A stretch of 25,001 nt of DNA from a virus (lineage: Duplodnaviria; Caudoviricetes), in IMG/VR virus record IMGVR_UViG_3300031857_001280, positions 1-25,001 of that record; one strand, 5' to 3'. Below are positions 8,810 to 16,911 of the stretch, piece after piece (the stretch's first letter is position 1; the number at the start of each line of letters is the position of its first letter). The notes under the pieces were generated by a model that was given only the letters and a program-made list of their open reading frames with translations, made no database searches and was not told where the DNA came from. The translations under genes were made by a program, and so were the position numbers.

Positions 8810-8823
8810 GGGGCCGAAGCCCC
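8810..8823 (-). other. Intergenic UUCG-tetraloop hairpin (copy 1) after the capsid gene
   Basis: GGGGC-TTCG-GCCCC just after the TGA TGA of the capsid gene; followed by TTCCTCCC rather than a U-run. Confidence 0.7.
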
Positions 8824-8828
8824 GTTCA

Positions 8829-9752
8829 TCAGAACTGGATAACAGCCTGAGCCAAAGCTTCACCCTTGACAACCTTGTAACCGTAGACCTGAAGGCCACG
8901 GACGATGTTGCCGAAGGTAGACTCGGAGCGGATGGTTTCCATGTTTGTCATCTGCGATGCAAACGTGAAGCCCATCTTGTGACCAGCGATGATGCTGTAC
9001 TTGCCCGAAGACACGTTCAGGTTGTGGCTGACGTAGATGGTGAAGCGATCCACCATACCCAGACGACCGTTACGTACGATGGACATGCTGTCGCCAGTCA
9101 GCGAAGCGTCCTTCAGTTCGGACTTCTTGATCAAACCAGCCATCTTGGCGGGGATAACCACGAAGCGGTCGCCTTCGGGGGCGTTGGCTTCATCCAGCAC
9201 GGTGCCGAGGTCAACCAGCAGGTCAACAACAGAAGTGGTGCTCGATGCGCCGTCCTTGGTCACAGTCAGCGGAGAGCCGGATGTGCCAAGGTTGAACGAA
9301 CCAGACTGCTCACCAGCGGTAGCGCCCTTGTTGAAGGCACCGATACCGGGCAAGATGTCAGTCAACACGCGCTGGTCGATCTTGATCTTCATACGCTCGG
9401 AAGCGTCTTTCGTCCAAGTGTCCATCAGGTTGATGTCCGACTGAACCTTGTCCACGTCGTCCTCAACGCAAGCGAAGTACTCGCCCTTGTCGATGACCAA
9501 CTGGAGTTTGGGTTTGTCAGGGTTCTCTACGGTCAGGGTTTGGCCCTTCACGTAGTCGCGGATGGTGATTTCCGGTGTAGTGCGGATGTTCACGGTGTCG
9601 CCGTACTGGCGGATTTCACCTTCGTAGTCGGTGTTCGAGATTGCTGCGAGCACGGTGGCGTCGTAGAAGTTCTCGATCAGTTTGCCCGACCAAATTTCGG
9701 GGATGAAGTTGCCGCTGTAGTTCGGACGACCGGGGGAAACGGGATAAGACAT
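8829..9752 (-). CDS. Major capsid protein (HK97 fold, P22-coat/N4-gp56-like group)
   Basis: 307 aa. FIPEIWSGKL..NF...TV...ISNTDYEGEI...GDTV.I start and FG.IVRGLQVYGYKVV end are typical; follows the scaffold; GAGGAG RBS. Confidence 0.9.
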   Translation of the reverse strand: MSYPVSPGRPNYSGNFIPEIWSGKLIENFYDATVLAAISNTDYEGEIRQYGDTVNIRTTPEITIRDYVKGQTLTVENPDKPKLQLVIDKGEYFACVEDDVDKVQSDINLMDTWTKDASERMKIKIDQRVLTDILPGIGAFNKGATAGEQSGSFNLGTSGSPLTVTKDGASSTTSVVDLLVDLGTVLDEANAPEGDRFVVIPAKMAGLIKKSELKDASLTGDSMSIVRNGRLGMVDRFTIYVSHNLNVSSGKYSIIAGHKMGFTFASQMTNMETIRSESTFGNIVRGLQVYGYKVVKGEALAQAVIQF

Positions 9753-9768
9753 GATGTAACTCCTCTAA

Positions 9769-10806
9769 TCAGGCATTTGTGACAATGCGATTTTCTCGCT
9801 GGGCAGCAAAAATATCGCGTTCGATTCGGGAACGATCTTGCTCTCGGCCTTTGTACTTCCCAGAACGGACATCGTTGAAGAATTTCTGGATGTCAGCAGG
9901 GCTGTAGGTCTTACCTTGGTTGGTAGTCGCAGGGGTTCCGGTGCTGCGTGAGCGACCGGGGGAAACCTGCTTTTCCAACTCAGAGCTAGGAGAGTTCCCA
10001 GTGGATTGAGCAACGGCGGCTTGTCCAGTGGACTCTAGCCAAGTGCGGAAAAAACTGACGACACGCCGAGAGTCTAACGACCGCTGGGCATCATCGAGAA
10101 ACGTCTGCCGAGTCACCCCAGTCATCGGATCAAACTCCAACAACCATGACTGGAAGTCGGCGTTGTCGTTGATCTGGCGGAAGTTCGGGACATTCGTAGA
10201 CAGGTCTGCCCAGAACGCTTGCTCTGCGCTCATCTGCTGGCGTTGGGCCACGGCTTGCACCTGTGGCACCACATTTACCTGCATCTGACGCAGCGTTGCT
10301 TCGAGTGTTGCAATGCGCTGGGCGACAGCCCCGAGTTCCTCGCGGGTCACTTTGCGCATCATGTCAATCGACTCACCGTACTCCTGAACATCTTGGTCAG
10401 TGACCAGACGCTCGGCTGCTGGTGCAGCAGCTTGGGGGTTTACGGCAGTCATCGAAGCAAGCAACTGTTCCATTTGTTGGACTCGCTGCTGCATTTCCCG
10501 ATTCTGCTGGTGCAGACGGGGAACTTCGGCGTTGTACATACCCTGAAGTGTTCGATACTTCTGGGTAACAGTTTCATCCGGCACATTGTCAGCACCCGTT
10601 TTCTGCTCATCTGCGGGTGCCGGAGCGGCATTATTCGTGGCAGCGTTCTCGTCGGCGTAATTCTGGTTGCCATTGTTCTCAACGGGCGTGACGGTGCCAT
10701 CGGCGGCAGGAGTAGTTCCTGAGCCTGTGTTGTCGTCCGTGTTAAGTTGCTTGTACAACTCCTGAACTGCCTCGGTCTGTTTGCGAATTTGCTCTGGAAG
10801 GGCCAT
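9769..10806 (-). CDS. Capsid scaffolding protein
   Basis: 345 aa. Disordered acidic N-terminus, YRTLQGMYNAE coiled coil, Gln-rich; lies between portal and capsid genes. Confidence 0.75.
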   Translation of the reverse strand: MALPEQIRKQTEAVQELYKQLNTDDNTGSGTTPAADGTVTPVENNGNQNYADENAATNNAAPAPADEQKTGADNVPDETVTQKYRTLQGMYNAEVPRLHQQNREMQQRVQQMEQLLASMTAVNPQAAAPAAERLVTDQDVQEYGESIDMMRKVTREELGAVAQRIATLEATLRQMQVNVVPQVQAVAQRQQMSAEQAFWADLSTNVPNFRQINDNADFQSWLLEFDPMTGVTRQTFLDDAQRSLDSRRVVSFFRTWLESTGQAAVAQSTGNSPSSELEKQVSPGRSRSTGTPATTNQGKTYSPADIQKFFNDVRSGKYKGREQDRSRIERDIFAAQRENRIVTNA

Positions 10807-10850
10807 GTTGAACGCTCCTGTTGGTGTGCGTGATTAGACGGCGAGTTACA

Positions 10851-11066
10851 TCATAACTTTGCCGCTATGGCAGGGGATTGTTGTGCGAACTCAATGAGTT
10901 CAACCATCATCTGGCAGCGCCCCTGAAACACTGCCGGATTGTCAACCGCATAAGGGAGACGCTTCAGTTCATGCGCGAGCACACCCTCCATCCACGCCAG
11001 AAGTTCTGGGTGTTGCCGGACAGCTTGCGCCAGTCCTTTGATGATGTGTGACTCAGGCTTGATCAT
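10851..11066 (-). CDS. Small hypothetical protein between portal and scaffold
   Basis: 71 aa; 4-nt overlap with the portal stop; helical, with a QGR motif. Confidence 0.7.
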   Translation of the reverse strand: MIKPESHIIKGLAQAVRQHPELLAWMEGVLAHELKRLPYAVDNPAVFQGRCQMMVELIEFAQQSPAIAAKL

Positions 11067-13129
11067 GCTGCCATCCCACTTGCACGACTTTGTACCGTGT
11101 TGGCTTCCATCCCGCCTTTGGGAGAGCCGTCAGGGCCTTGTGGTGCGCCACCTTGGGGTTGCTGCGCCTGCTGCTGTGCAGCGGCCATCGCAGCCCGTGC
11201 GGTGATACGACCGGTATACCCTTCCTTCTCCCGAGACGGAACAACGTCCTCCACGGACATTTGCAACCCTTTTGCGATCTCCCGAAGGATACTGGCACGT
11301 CCCTCCTTGCCGATGATCTCAAGATCAATCGGGTTGGCGGTTGCATTGAGAAACTCGATACGGCGAATGTTGACAGTCTCCTTGACTGCGAGGTTAATCG
11401 CGCCTTTGGCAAGAACTTCAACGTCGCCCTTGATGGACTCATCCTCATCATAGCGCATGTTGTACACAAACTGGCGCAGCACGATGGGCTTCACAACATC
11501 TGTGTCGATGTGCATCACGACTTGGCGGATGCCTTTGCCCGCCGCGCCCATAAGCATGGACAGGCCAGACGAAGTGCGCCCCGCACCCTGCACATTCAGA
11601 TCGCCGTACACGTAGGCTGGGATGCCCGAGTGATCGTCCGCCAAGCGGCTGAACTTCTCGTATACACCCATGAGTTCGTTTGCCCGTGAGTCAGGCTGCG
11701 TGAACCGGATGGCCGGGGCGCTCGAACCCACAGGATCATTGATGGTCTGCCAGATTTTCCAAGGCGTCAACTGGGTGATGTCCTCGTTGGGCGGCAGGCG
11801 CTCCACGTTGACCTCGACCTGCGGGCCGCTGGAAATGCCCATGTTGTTAACCAGCGCACGGGCAGCGGCGTTGCACACGCCCTGTAAGTCTTCGATGATC
11901 TCGGGGATCGCCTTGCCCCAGAACGCTCCGGGGCACTTGATGAACGAAGTCTTGGCGTAGGGCTTCTCGCCCAGCGGGTCATAGTTGAGCACCGCTTTGA
12001 TGACGTAGTTGCCCACCATCCAGACGTTGGCGTCGTACTCGCGGGCGTCGTCGGGGACTTCCTCCTCGGTCAGCCCCCACTCGCGCAGCATCTTTCCGCT
12101 CACTTTGCCCCAGAACTCCAGAGCATCGAACTCGGTAGTTGGCTTCATGTACGAGTAGTACTTGCGCTCCTCCTCGTCCTTTTGGAGTTCCACGTCTTCA
12201 TTGATCCACGACTGGCCGTTGCCAATCTCCAGCACCTTGCGGATGGCATCCTCGTCGTAACCCGGAACGCCAATGAGATCGGACAGTTGCATCCGGCTCA
12301 ATGGGTGGTACTCGAACAGGTAGCCCTCGTTGATGTTGCTGATCCCCGGCTCGGGGTAGATGTAGAAGGGATCAACCCGCTCGTACTCTGGCCCAAGGCG
12401 TTCGATGGGTTCGACCACAGTCTGGCCCATCGCGTTGGTTTTCCAACCCAGCGCCCGCTGGCGACGCACAACCGGCCCTTTGATGAACGCCGCAGGGAAC
12501 GTCACAAGATCGGTGATGAAGTCGTTGAACGAAGCCTCCCAGCCGCCTTGGGCGAACTGGTCTTGAATCTTGATCTTCATCCTGTCCGCGCGAAGCTGCG
12601 CTTGTTGCAAGATAGTGAAGCGGTAGTCTTGGCTGACCATCTCGCGGATTTCAGCCATTTCCTCTTGGTTCGGAGCTTTGCCAAACTCCTCGACCATCTT
12701 GATCACGCGCTCGGCGAAGATCGCCTGCACGTCCTTGGTCTGCGATGGGTTGAGGTCGGGGATAGGGGTGGCCTGCAAATCCCACGGTGGGGAGCCATTG
12801 TCGAGCAGGATGTCCCGCAGCCAAGACTCCGCAGCGCGGCACTTGACTTCGGTGATCATCATGTAAATCTCAGAGCCGCCCTGTCCTCGAATCTGTTGCA
12901 GCTTGTCTGCGTCGTACTGGCCGTTGCGCTGACGCAGCGCACGCAGCATGATGTACTCGATGGGCTTCTTCGCCATCTGGGCGACATCCCAACATTGCCT
13001 CAGATACCCGGCCAAGCCAAGAATGACGGGTTGATTCTGACGCTCTTGCAGAGCGCGGTCTGAAACTTCTTGCTCTTGCCGAGCAAGTTCAGAGTTCGAT
13101 ACGACCCGCAGGAATGTCAGTCCAGCCAT
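11063..13129 (-). CDS. Portal protein
   Basis: 688 aa. ERVDPFYIYPEP, FWG..IPE...DLQ..CNA..R.LVNN, DD.SGIP.Y..G...GAGRT.SGLSMLM.AA, Gln-rich tail; between terminase and scaffold. Confidence 0.88.
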   Translation of the reverse strand: MAGLTFLRVVSNSELARQEQEVSDRALQERQNQPVILGLAGYLRQCWDVAQMAKKPIEYIMLRALRQRNGQYDADKLQQIRGQGGSEIYMMITEVKCRAAESWLRDILLDNGSPPWDLQATPIPDLNPSQTKDVQAIFAERVIKMVEEFGKAPNQEEMAEIREMVSQDYRFTILQQAQLRADRMKIKIQDQFAQGGWEASFNDFITDLVTFPAAFIKGPVVRRQRALGWKTNAMGQTVVEPIERLGPEYERVDPFYIYPEPGISNINEGYLFEYHPLSRMQLSDLIGVPGYDEDAIRKVLEIGNGQSWINEDVELQKDEEERKYYSYMKPTTEFDALEFWGKVSGKMLREWGLTEEEVPDDAREYDANVWMVGNYVIKAVLNYDPLGEKPYAKTSFIKCPGAFWGKAIPEIIEDLQGVCNAAARALVNNMGISSGPQVEVNVERLPPNEDITQLTPWKIWQTINDPVGSSAPAIRFTQPDSRANELMGVYEKFSRLADDHSGIPAYVYGDLNVQGAGRTSSGLSMLMGAAGKGIRQVVMHIDTDVVKPIVLRQFVYNMRYDEDESIKGDVEVLAKGAINLAVKETVNIRRIEFLNATANPIDLEIIGKEGRASILREIAKGLQMSVEDVVPSREKEGYTGRITARAAMAAAQQQAQQPQGGAPQGPDGSPKGGMEANTVQSRASGMAA

Positions 13130-13130
13130 A

Positions 13131-13388
13131 TTATTTCTTCTTGCTCTGCGATGCCTTCATGCGAGCTTCCGCAGCCTTGCGCTGCGCCGGAGTCAGTGAA
13201 GTCATCATGTCCGGGTTTTGTGGAGGTTGCCCCATTTTGGCGGTGTATACCTCGTTGCCATTGTCGCTTTCCTCAACCAGTTTTACAACGATGCCGCCCT
13301 TCTCGTAAGACTTGATGGCCGCGCCACCCATCTTCGCGTTGGTGGACGTTATTGTGAACGGCTTTGCTTGGCTGCATTTCATGGTCAC
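13131..13388 (-). CDS. Hypothetical protein
   Basis: 83-85 aa (GTG at 13388 or ATG at 13382; the AAGGAG RBS favours 13382); basic C-terminus. Confidence 0.65.
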   Translation of the reverse strand: MTMKCSQAKPFTITSTNAKMGGAAIKSYEKGGIVVKLVEESDNGNEVYTAKMGQPPQNPDMMTSLTPAQRKAAEARMKASQSKKK

Positions 13389-13407
13389 TCCTTACCTGCT
13401 ACGCAGG

Positions 13408-13436
13408 GTTCTACCACGAAGTATACACGTGGTCAA
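13408..13436 (-). promoter_or_regulatory. Candidate sigma70-type promoter for the portal/capsid operon, with a palindrome in the spacer
   Basis: TTGACC-17 bp-TAGAAC with a TG extended -10; ACCACG-N9-CGTGGT dyad across the spacer. Confidence 0.5.
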
Positions 13437-13472
13437 ATAAAAAGAAACCCCCGGTGCTTGCGCAACCGGGGG
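13436..13472 (-). terminator. Intrinsic terminator downstream of terL
   Basis: CCCCCGGTTGC-GCAA-GCACCGGGGG (one bulge) followed by TTTCTTTTT on the minus strand. Confidence 0.75.
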
Positions 13473-13525
13473 AAACCCTTGAAGAAGGGGAGAGGTGACA
13501 ACTGCGAAGCAGTGCTGCAATCATA

Positions 13526-14914
13526 TCACGTCCAGCCCAAAGCGGAAGTTCTTTTGATGTCGCGCCGCTGCTGGAGCGTGTGCCCCTCGCTGGCGTTACC
13601 AATGTGCAGCATGAGGTACTGGAGGGCTTCGGCCACGTGCGAGTGCTTGTTCTTGTCGATGTCGCCGTCGCCCTTGGGTTTGAACCGGTAGCCCCCCATC
13701 ATGGCCGCTTTGAGTTTGGTGCAGCGCGGGTCAACCACGAACGCCGGGTCGCCGTCCACCTGCCGCATGAGGTACTCGTCCACAGCGTTGATGCGGGCCG
13801 ACACGTTGTTGGTCTTGGCCGGGATGACTTTCATCCCCTCGGCTTTGATAATGTCCACCGCCGAGCGTTCGTCAGTCTGCGCCCGCTGCACACCTGCCGG
13901 GTCAACGACGATCAGCACTGGGGCACCGGGGAACCGTTCGTAAAGTAACGGCTTGAGCAGGGTGCGGATGAACCGTTGCACCCCCATGTCGAACGAGACA
14001 CACTCGTCAAGTATCAGTGCGCGTCCTCGCGGGTCTTGCTGTCCAAGCACGGCTGCTGGGGTTAACCCTAAGTCCATGCCAATGACGATGGGCCGCACGC
14101 CGTTGATGATGGCACGCAGGCGCTCTTTGCCCATGTGGTAGTCAGGCCGGAAGTATTTGTACACCGGCATACCGGCTGATGACAGCCCATACTCACCGTC
14201 AATGTAGACACGGACGTACTCCTCGGAGCGGCCTTGGGTGTCGTAGTAGCCGTCCGGCAGGTTCTCCACGTTCTCGGCGTAGACGCTGCGGCCCGAAGGC
14301 TGCTTGAACACATCCCACCCGTTGTTGTTGGATGACACACCATCTTTGGGGTCAAGCCCCTCCATCTGGTAGTACCACCACGTGTCCATCGTGGGCGGGT
14401 TGGTGTCGCCCCACATCCCGTGCCACGTCGGCCCGCCGTCCTTTGCGCTCGGGAAACGTCCAATACGTTTGGACATGGCGTCCACGATGTCTGGGTGGAT
14501 GTCTCGGCACTCGTTGAACCACGCGAATGTCAATTCCAGTGAGTTCAGGTTAGCCACGTCGTCGGCGTCGTCCAGCGCCCGGAACATAATCTCGCACTCC
14601 ACGTCGCCCACCTTGAAGAAGTACGTTTTGGTGGTGCGCATGTACTGCCCGCACACACCCGGTGGGAACCAGTCGAGGAACGTCTTGATCGTCGTGTCCT
14701 GCAACTGACGGGCGGTTTCCCGCACGATGGCCGCTCGGGTTTTGCGTATGCCCTGCGCGTTGGGTATCTGCATGGACGCCCTGCGCACGATCTCGAAGCT
14801 GGAGGTAACGGACTTGCCCGAACCCACTGGCCCCATGAGGACGCGCATTTTGGCGTCCGAGGCCATGAACTTCTTGCCCGTGGGCGGCGGCGTGTAGTCG
14901 ATGTCAAGCGCCAT
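13526..14914 (-). CDS. terL: Terminase large subunit
   Basis: 462 aa. Walker A GPVGSGKS, Walker B-like AWFNE, coupling motif DTNPP, RNase H-like nuclease IGMDLG...HVAEALQY. Confidence 0.93.
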   Translation of the reverse strand: MALDIDYTPPPTGKKFMASDAKMRVLMGPVGSGKSVTSSFEIVRRASMQIPNAQGIRKTRAAIVRETARQLQDTTIKTFLDWFPPGVCGQYMRTTKTYFFKVGDVECEIMFRALDDADDVANLNSLELTFAWFNECRDIHPDIVDAMSKRIGRFPSAKDGGPTWHGMWGDTNPPTMDTWWYYQMEGLDPKDGVSSNNNGWDVFKQPSGRSVYAENVENLPDGYYDTQGRSEEYVRVYIDGEYGLSSAGMPVYKYFRPDYHMGKERLRAIINGVRPIVIGMDLGLTPAAVLGQQDPRGRALILDECVSFDMGVQRFIRTLLKPLLYERFPGAPVLIVVDPAGVQRAQTDERSAVDIIKAEGMKVIPAKTNNVSARINAVDEYLMRQVDGDPAFVVDPRCTKLKAAMMGGYRFKPKGDGDIDKNKHSHVAEALQYLMLHIGNASEGHTLQQRRDIKRTSALGWT

Positions 14915-15116
14915 GTGTGGCCTCTGGGCTGACCAGCAAGATGACGAACTCGCGCCCGTGCTTCTTGCTGCGTGTGATCTTGGTCTGGAACGACTTGCTT
15001 TGTCGGCTGAGTTCGTTCTCCACGATGACAGCCTCGGTGGCTGTGCGCACCTTCACGGATCGAAAGCCGTTGAAGTTTTGGGTGAACAGGTCTTCAATTC
15101 TCGATGGCAGTTGCAT
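14904..15116 (-). CDS. Hypothetical protein between the terminase genes
   Basis: Probable start MQLPSRIE (70 aa); overlaps both neighbours; weak RBS. Confidence 0.55.
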   Translation of the reverse strand: MQLPSRIEDLFTQNFNGFRSVKVRTATEAVIVENELSRQSKSFQTKITRSKKHGREFVILLVSPEATHGA

Positions 15117-15573
15117 CTTGTACGTCCACGGTGGTTGCTTCAATGGTACGGGCGTCGCGGGGGTCGCTGCCAAGGTTGATGGTGATCTTCACACCACCAG
15201 TGCCATTGTCTTGCGGGCCAGCGTCTCTTGGCTCCAGCCCAGCCCACTTCACGGTGGACTTGATCAGGTCGGCCTTGACTGCGGGGGACACGGCTGGGTC
15301 ATGGATGAGGAGCCACGAGGTTGTCAGCAACTCCTCGGCTTGGGCGCGGGCCTTGAGCTTGAACGTGAGGCCCTTTTCTCGAACCTCGTTGCGGTAGCCC
15401 TCCACCTTCTTGAGAAACACCGGGTCGGCGTTGAAGGTGAGGATGTCGTTGGCCGAGATGTTGTGCCGTGTGATCACCTCCTGCAACGTCTCACCACTGC
15501 CCTCAAGGGTCAGGGCTACGTCGAAGGCCAGACGGTCGTTCCACTTGGTGTGGTTCAGGGGTAGGTTGTCCAT
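15094..15573 (-). CDS. Probable terminase small subunit
   Basis: 159 aa, upstream of terL. Helical N-terminus and central region; C-terminal beta-strand GVKITINLG typical of TerS. Confidence 0.6.
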   Translation of the reverse strand: MDNLPLNHTKWNDRLAFDVALTLEGSGETLQEVITRHNISANDILTFNADPVFLKKVEGYRNEVREKGLTFKLKARAQAEELLTTSWLLIHDPAVSPAVKADLIKSTVKWAGLEPRDAGPQDNGTGGVKITINLGSDPRDARTIEATTVDVQDATAIEN

Positions 15574-15579
15574 GAGCGC

Positions 15580-15610
15580 ACTATAGCACCTTGGGTTACG
15601 GGGATGTCAA
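15580..15610 (-). promoter_or_regulatory. Candidate promoter giving a leaderless terS mRNA
   Basis: TTGACA-19 bp-TATAGT with a TG extended -10, only 6 nt before the ATG; no Shine-Dalgarno. Confidence 0.5.
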
Positions 15611-15876
15611 CTACGATATTCATACCCAAAGTGCTCAAGCGCCCGCATACGGTCGTAGTAGTAAAACATCTTCCCACAACCACGGCATTGGTGGATGTAG
15701 TTGGGGTGCAGCCCATACTTGTCCCGCAGCACATTCGCGGCTACAACATGATTGCCCTCGTCCTCGCTAGTGTCGAGTTTGAAAAATTTTGCGAGGGTGC
15801 GGCTTGACACCATGTCTTTGTCGGCGTGTGCGGCTGGCTTCTCGAAACAGTTTGCGGCGAATGTGAGGATTGACAT
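15607..15876 (-). CDS. Hypothetical protein with CxxC motif
   Basis: 89 aa; strong TAGGAG RBS; HQCRGCGK knuckle. Confidence 0.7.
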   Translation of the reverse strand: MSILTFAANCFEKPAAHADKDMVSSRTLAKFFKLDTSEDEGNHVVAANVLRDKYGLHPNYIHQCRGCGKMFYYYDRMRALEHFGYEYRS

Positions 15877-15903
15877 CTTGATCTCCTAATGATGAAAAGG
15901 CCG

Positions 15904-15932
15904 AATGTGGCCTGCCGGGAAAACGCTGTCAA
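15904..15932 (-). promoter_or_regulatory. Candidate leftward promoter
   Basis: TTGACA-17 bp-CACATT, about 28 nt upstream of the first minus-strand gene; poor -10. Confidence 0.35.
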
Positions 15933-16039
15933 TAGGGGGTGGCGACATCGGACTGCATCGGACAAATAAATTTTTTCTGACGCGAAACTTACTAATGGTA
16001 ACTTTACACGTGCTTTTTTGGGGTCTTGGATTATGAGGT

Positions 16040-16169
16040 TGGGTACACATGGCGGGGGGCCTCGATTCGCCAGTCCATGTACCCACCCCCCCTGCCCGCC
16101 CACACACGCGCCTACACGCACGCGCCCGCGCATCATGTGCGCACATGCGCATTACGCGCATTATGCGCG
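16040..16169. repeat. Palindrome-rich, GC-rich non-coding tract at the strand switch
   Basis: TGGGTACA(CA)TGG / CCATGTACCCA inverted repeat, G6 and C7 runs, perfect 14-bp palindrome CATGTGCGCACATG (16134-16147), CGCGCA-TTA-TGCGCG. Confidence 0.6.
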
Positions 16170-16176
16170 AGGCAAC

Positions 16177-16205
16177 TTGACACTTTTGGCGACATCGGCG
16201 AGTCT
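16177..16205 (+). promoter_or_regulatory. Early promoter P1
   Basis: TTGACA-17 bp-GAGTCT; the same format is repeated at 18001-18029. Confidence 0.65.
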
Positions 16206-16216
16206 GAATTTGTCGC

Positions 16217-16257
16217 TGCAGTGATCGCACTGCAAAGATTCAAAGCTCTTTAACAAT
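16217..16257 (+). promoter_or_regulatory. rrn-like antitermination site: hairpin followed by boxA
   Basis: TGCAGTG-ATCG-CACTGCA hairpin, then GCTCTTTAACAAT (16245-16257), matching the bacterial rrn boxA consensus (TGCTCTTTAACA) bound by NusB-NusE. Confidence 0.7.
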
Positions 16258-16340
16258 GCATAGCATTCTCCTTGCGTGATGACCTTCGTTAGAAGGTTGC
16301 ATTTCGCCACCGGATGAGGGTCATCACTTAGGAGATAGCT

Positions 16341-16640
16341 ATGTCTGCAAAGACTTTTGAGGGTTCGGTGTCCATCGTCAGGAACACTAAGAACGAGATC
16401 GCACTGAAGCGCGATCCCGAGGGAAGATTCAACGCTGGCAACGCGGCAGAGTGCTACAGCACGATGCAGCAGCTAGCGAAGAAGAACAAGTTTCCGATAA
16501 ACAAGTATTCCTTGTTTATCGCTGACGGTGGCACCGAAGTAGTGCTGTTGGCAAACCGGTTCGGCAACCCCTACATTGCGCTTCTCCCGAAGCGTAGCGA
16601 AGGCGGTGCCAAGCGGAACGCAGTGACTAAGCTGGCGTAA
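16341..16640 (+). CDS. Early protein A1 (99 aa), paralog of 18087-18386
   Basis: TAGGAG RBS; basic; shares G.VS, G.F...N.AE.YSTM..L.KK.K, LLA.R.G.PYIALLP.R and V.KLA with A2. Confidence 0.85.
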   Translation: MSAKTFEGSVSIVRNTKNEIALKRDPEGRFNAGNAAECYSTMQQLAKKNKFPINKYSLFIADGGTEVVLLANRFGNPYIALLPKRSEGGAKRNAVTKLA

Positions 16641-16699
16641 GTAGTAACCCGGAGCGTGACAGGCTCCGGGTTCTTTTTTAACCACAGGAGAGTGACATG
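16635..16699 (+). repeat. Terminator-hairpin + RBS repeat, copy 1 (GTGACAG loop)
   Basis: AACCCGGAGC-GTGACAG-GCTCCGGGTT, then CTTTTTT, then GGAGAGTGAC-ATG. Confidence 0.9.
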
Positions 16700-16909
16700 C
16701 AACCAATCGAGTTGAGAATGAGTAAGTGGACAGAAGGCGAGCGAGCCAAACGTGGCTCGCTGTTCCCGCAAACCTACTATACCGTTGACAAGGTATGGCC
16801 CGGAGTTGGTAACGTGAGCTTTGGGCAACGATCCTTCAACACGGCGAGAGACGCAATACAGTGGGCCAAAACCGAATGGCCGGAAGTTCCACTGATTCGC
16901 AACTACTGA
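16697..16909 (+). CDS. Small hypothetical cassette gene 1 (70 aa)
   Basis: ATG supplied by repeat copy 1 (AGGAG RBS); stop lies just before copy 2. Confidence 0.75.
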   Translation: MQPIELRMSKWTEGERAKRGSLFPQTYYTVDKVWPGVGNVSFGQRSFNTARDAIQWAKTEWPEVPLIRNY

Positions 16910-16911
16910 CC

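Noticed and set aside
8821-8840. Possible read-through or frameshift extension of the capsid protein
   Set aside because: Tandem TGA TGA stops and no slippery heptamer before them.
8979-13063. Long plus-strand ORFs (267, 167, 199, 293 aa) over capsid, scaffold and portal
   Set aside because: Antisense shadows caused by GC-biased codon usage.
14505-14530. Terminase Walker B reads WFNE rather than hhhhDE
   Set aside because: The NE variant is one I recall from this terminase group and all other motifs are intact, so it is not evidence of inactivation.
15741-16253. ORFs called in the strand-switch region
   Set aside because: Low-complexity translations of palindromic regulatory DNA, with no RBS and overlapping promoter elements.
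16641-16677. Integron attC-like AAC...GTT ends on the hairpin
   Set aside because: Too short, does not fit RYYYAAC/GTTRRRY, lacks extrahelical bases, GTT is not kept in copies 2-3, and there is no integrase in the window.
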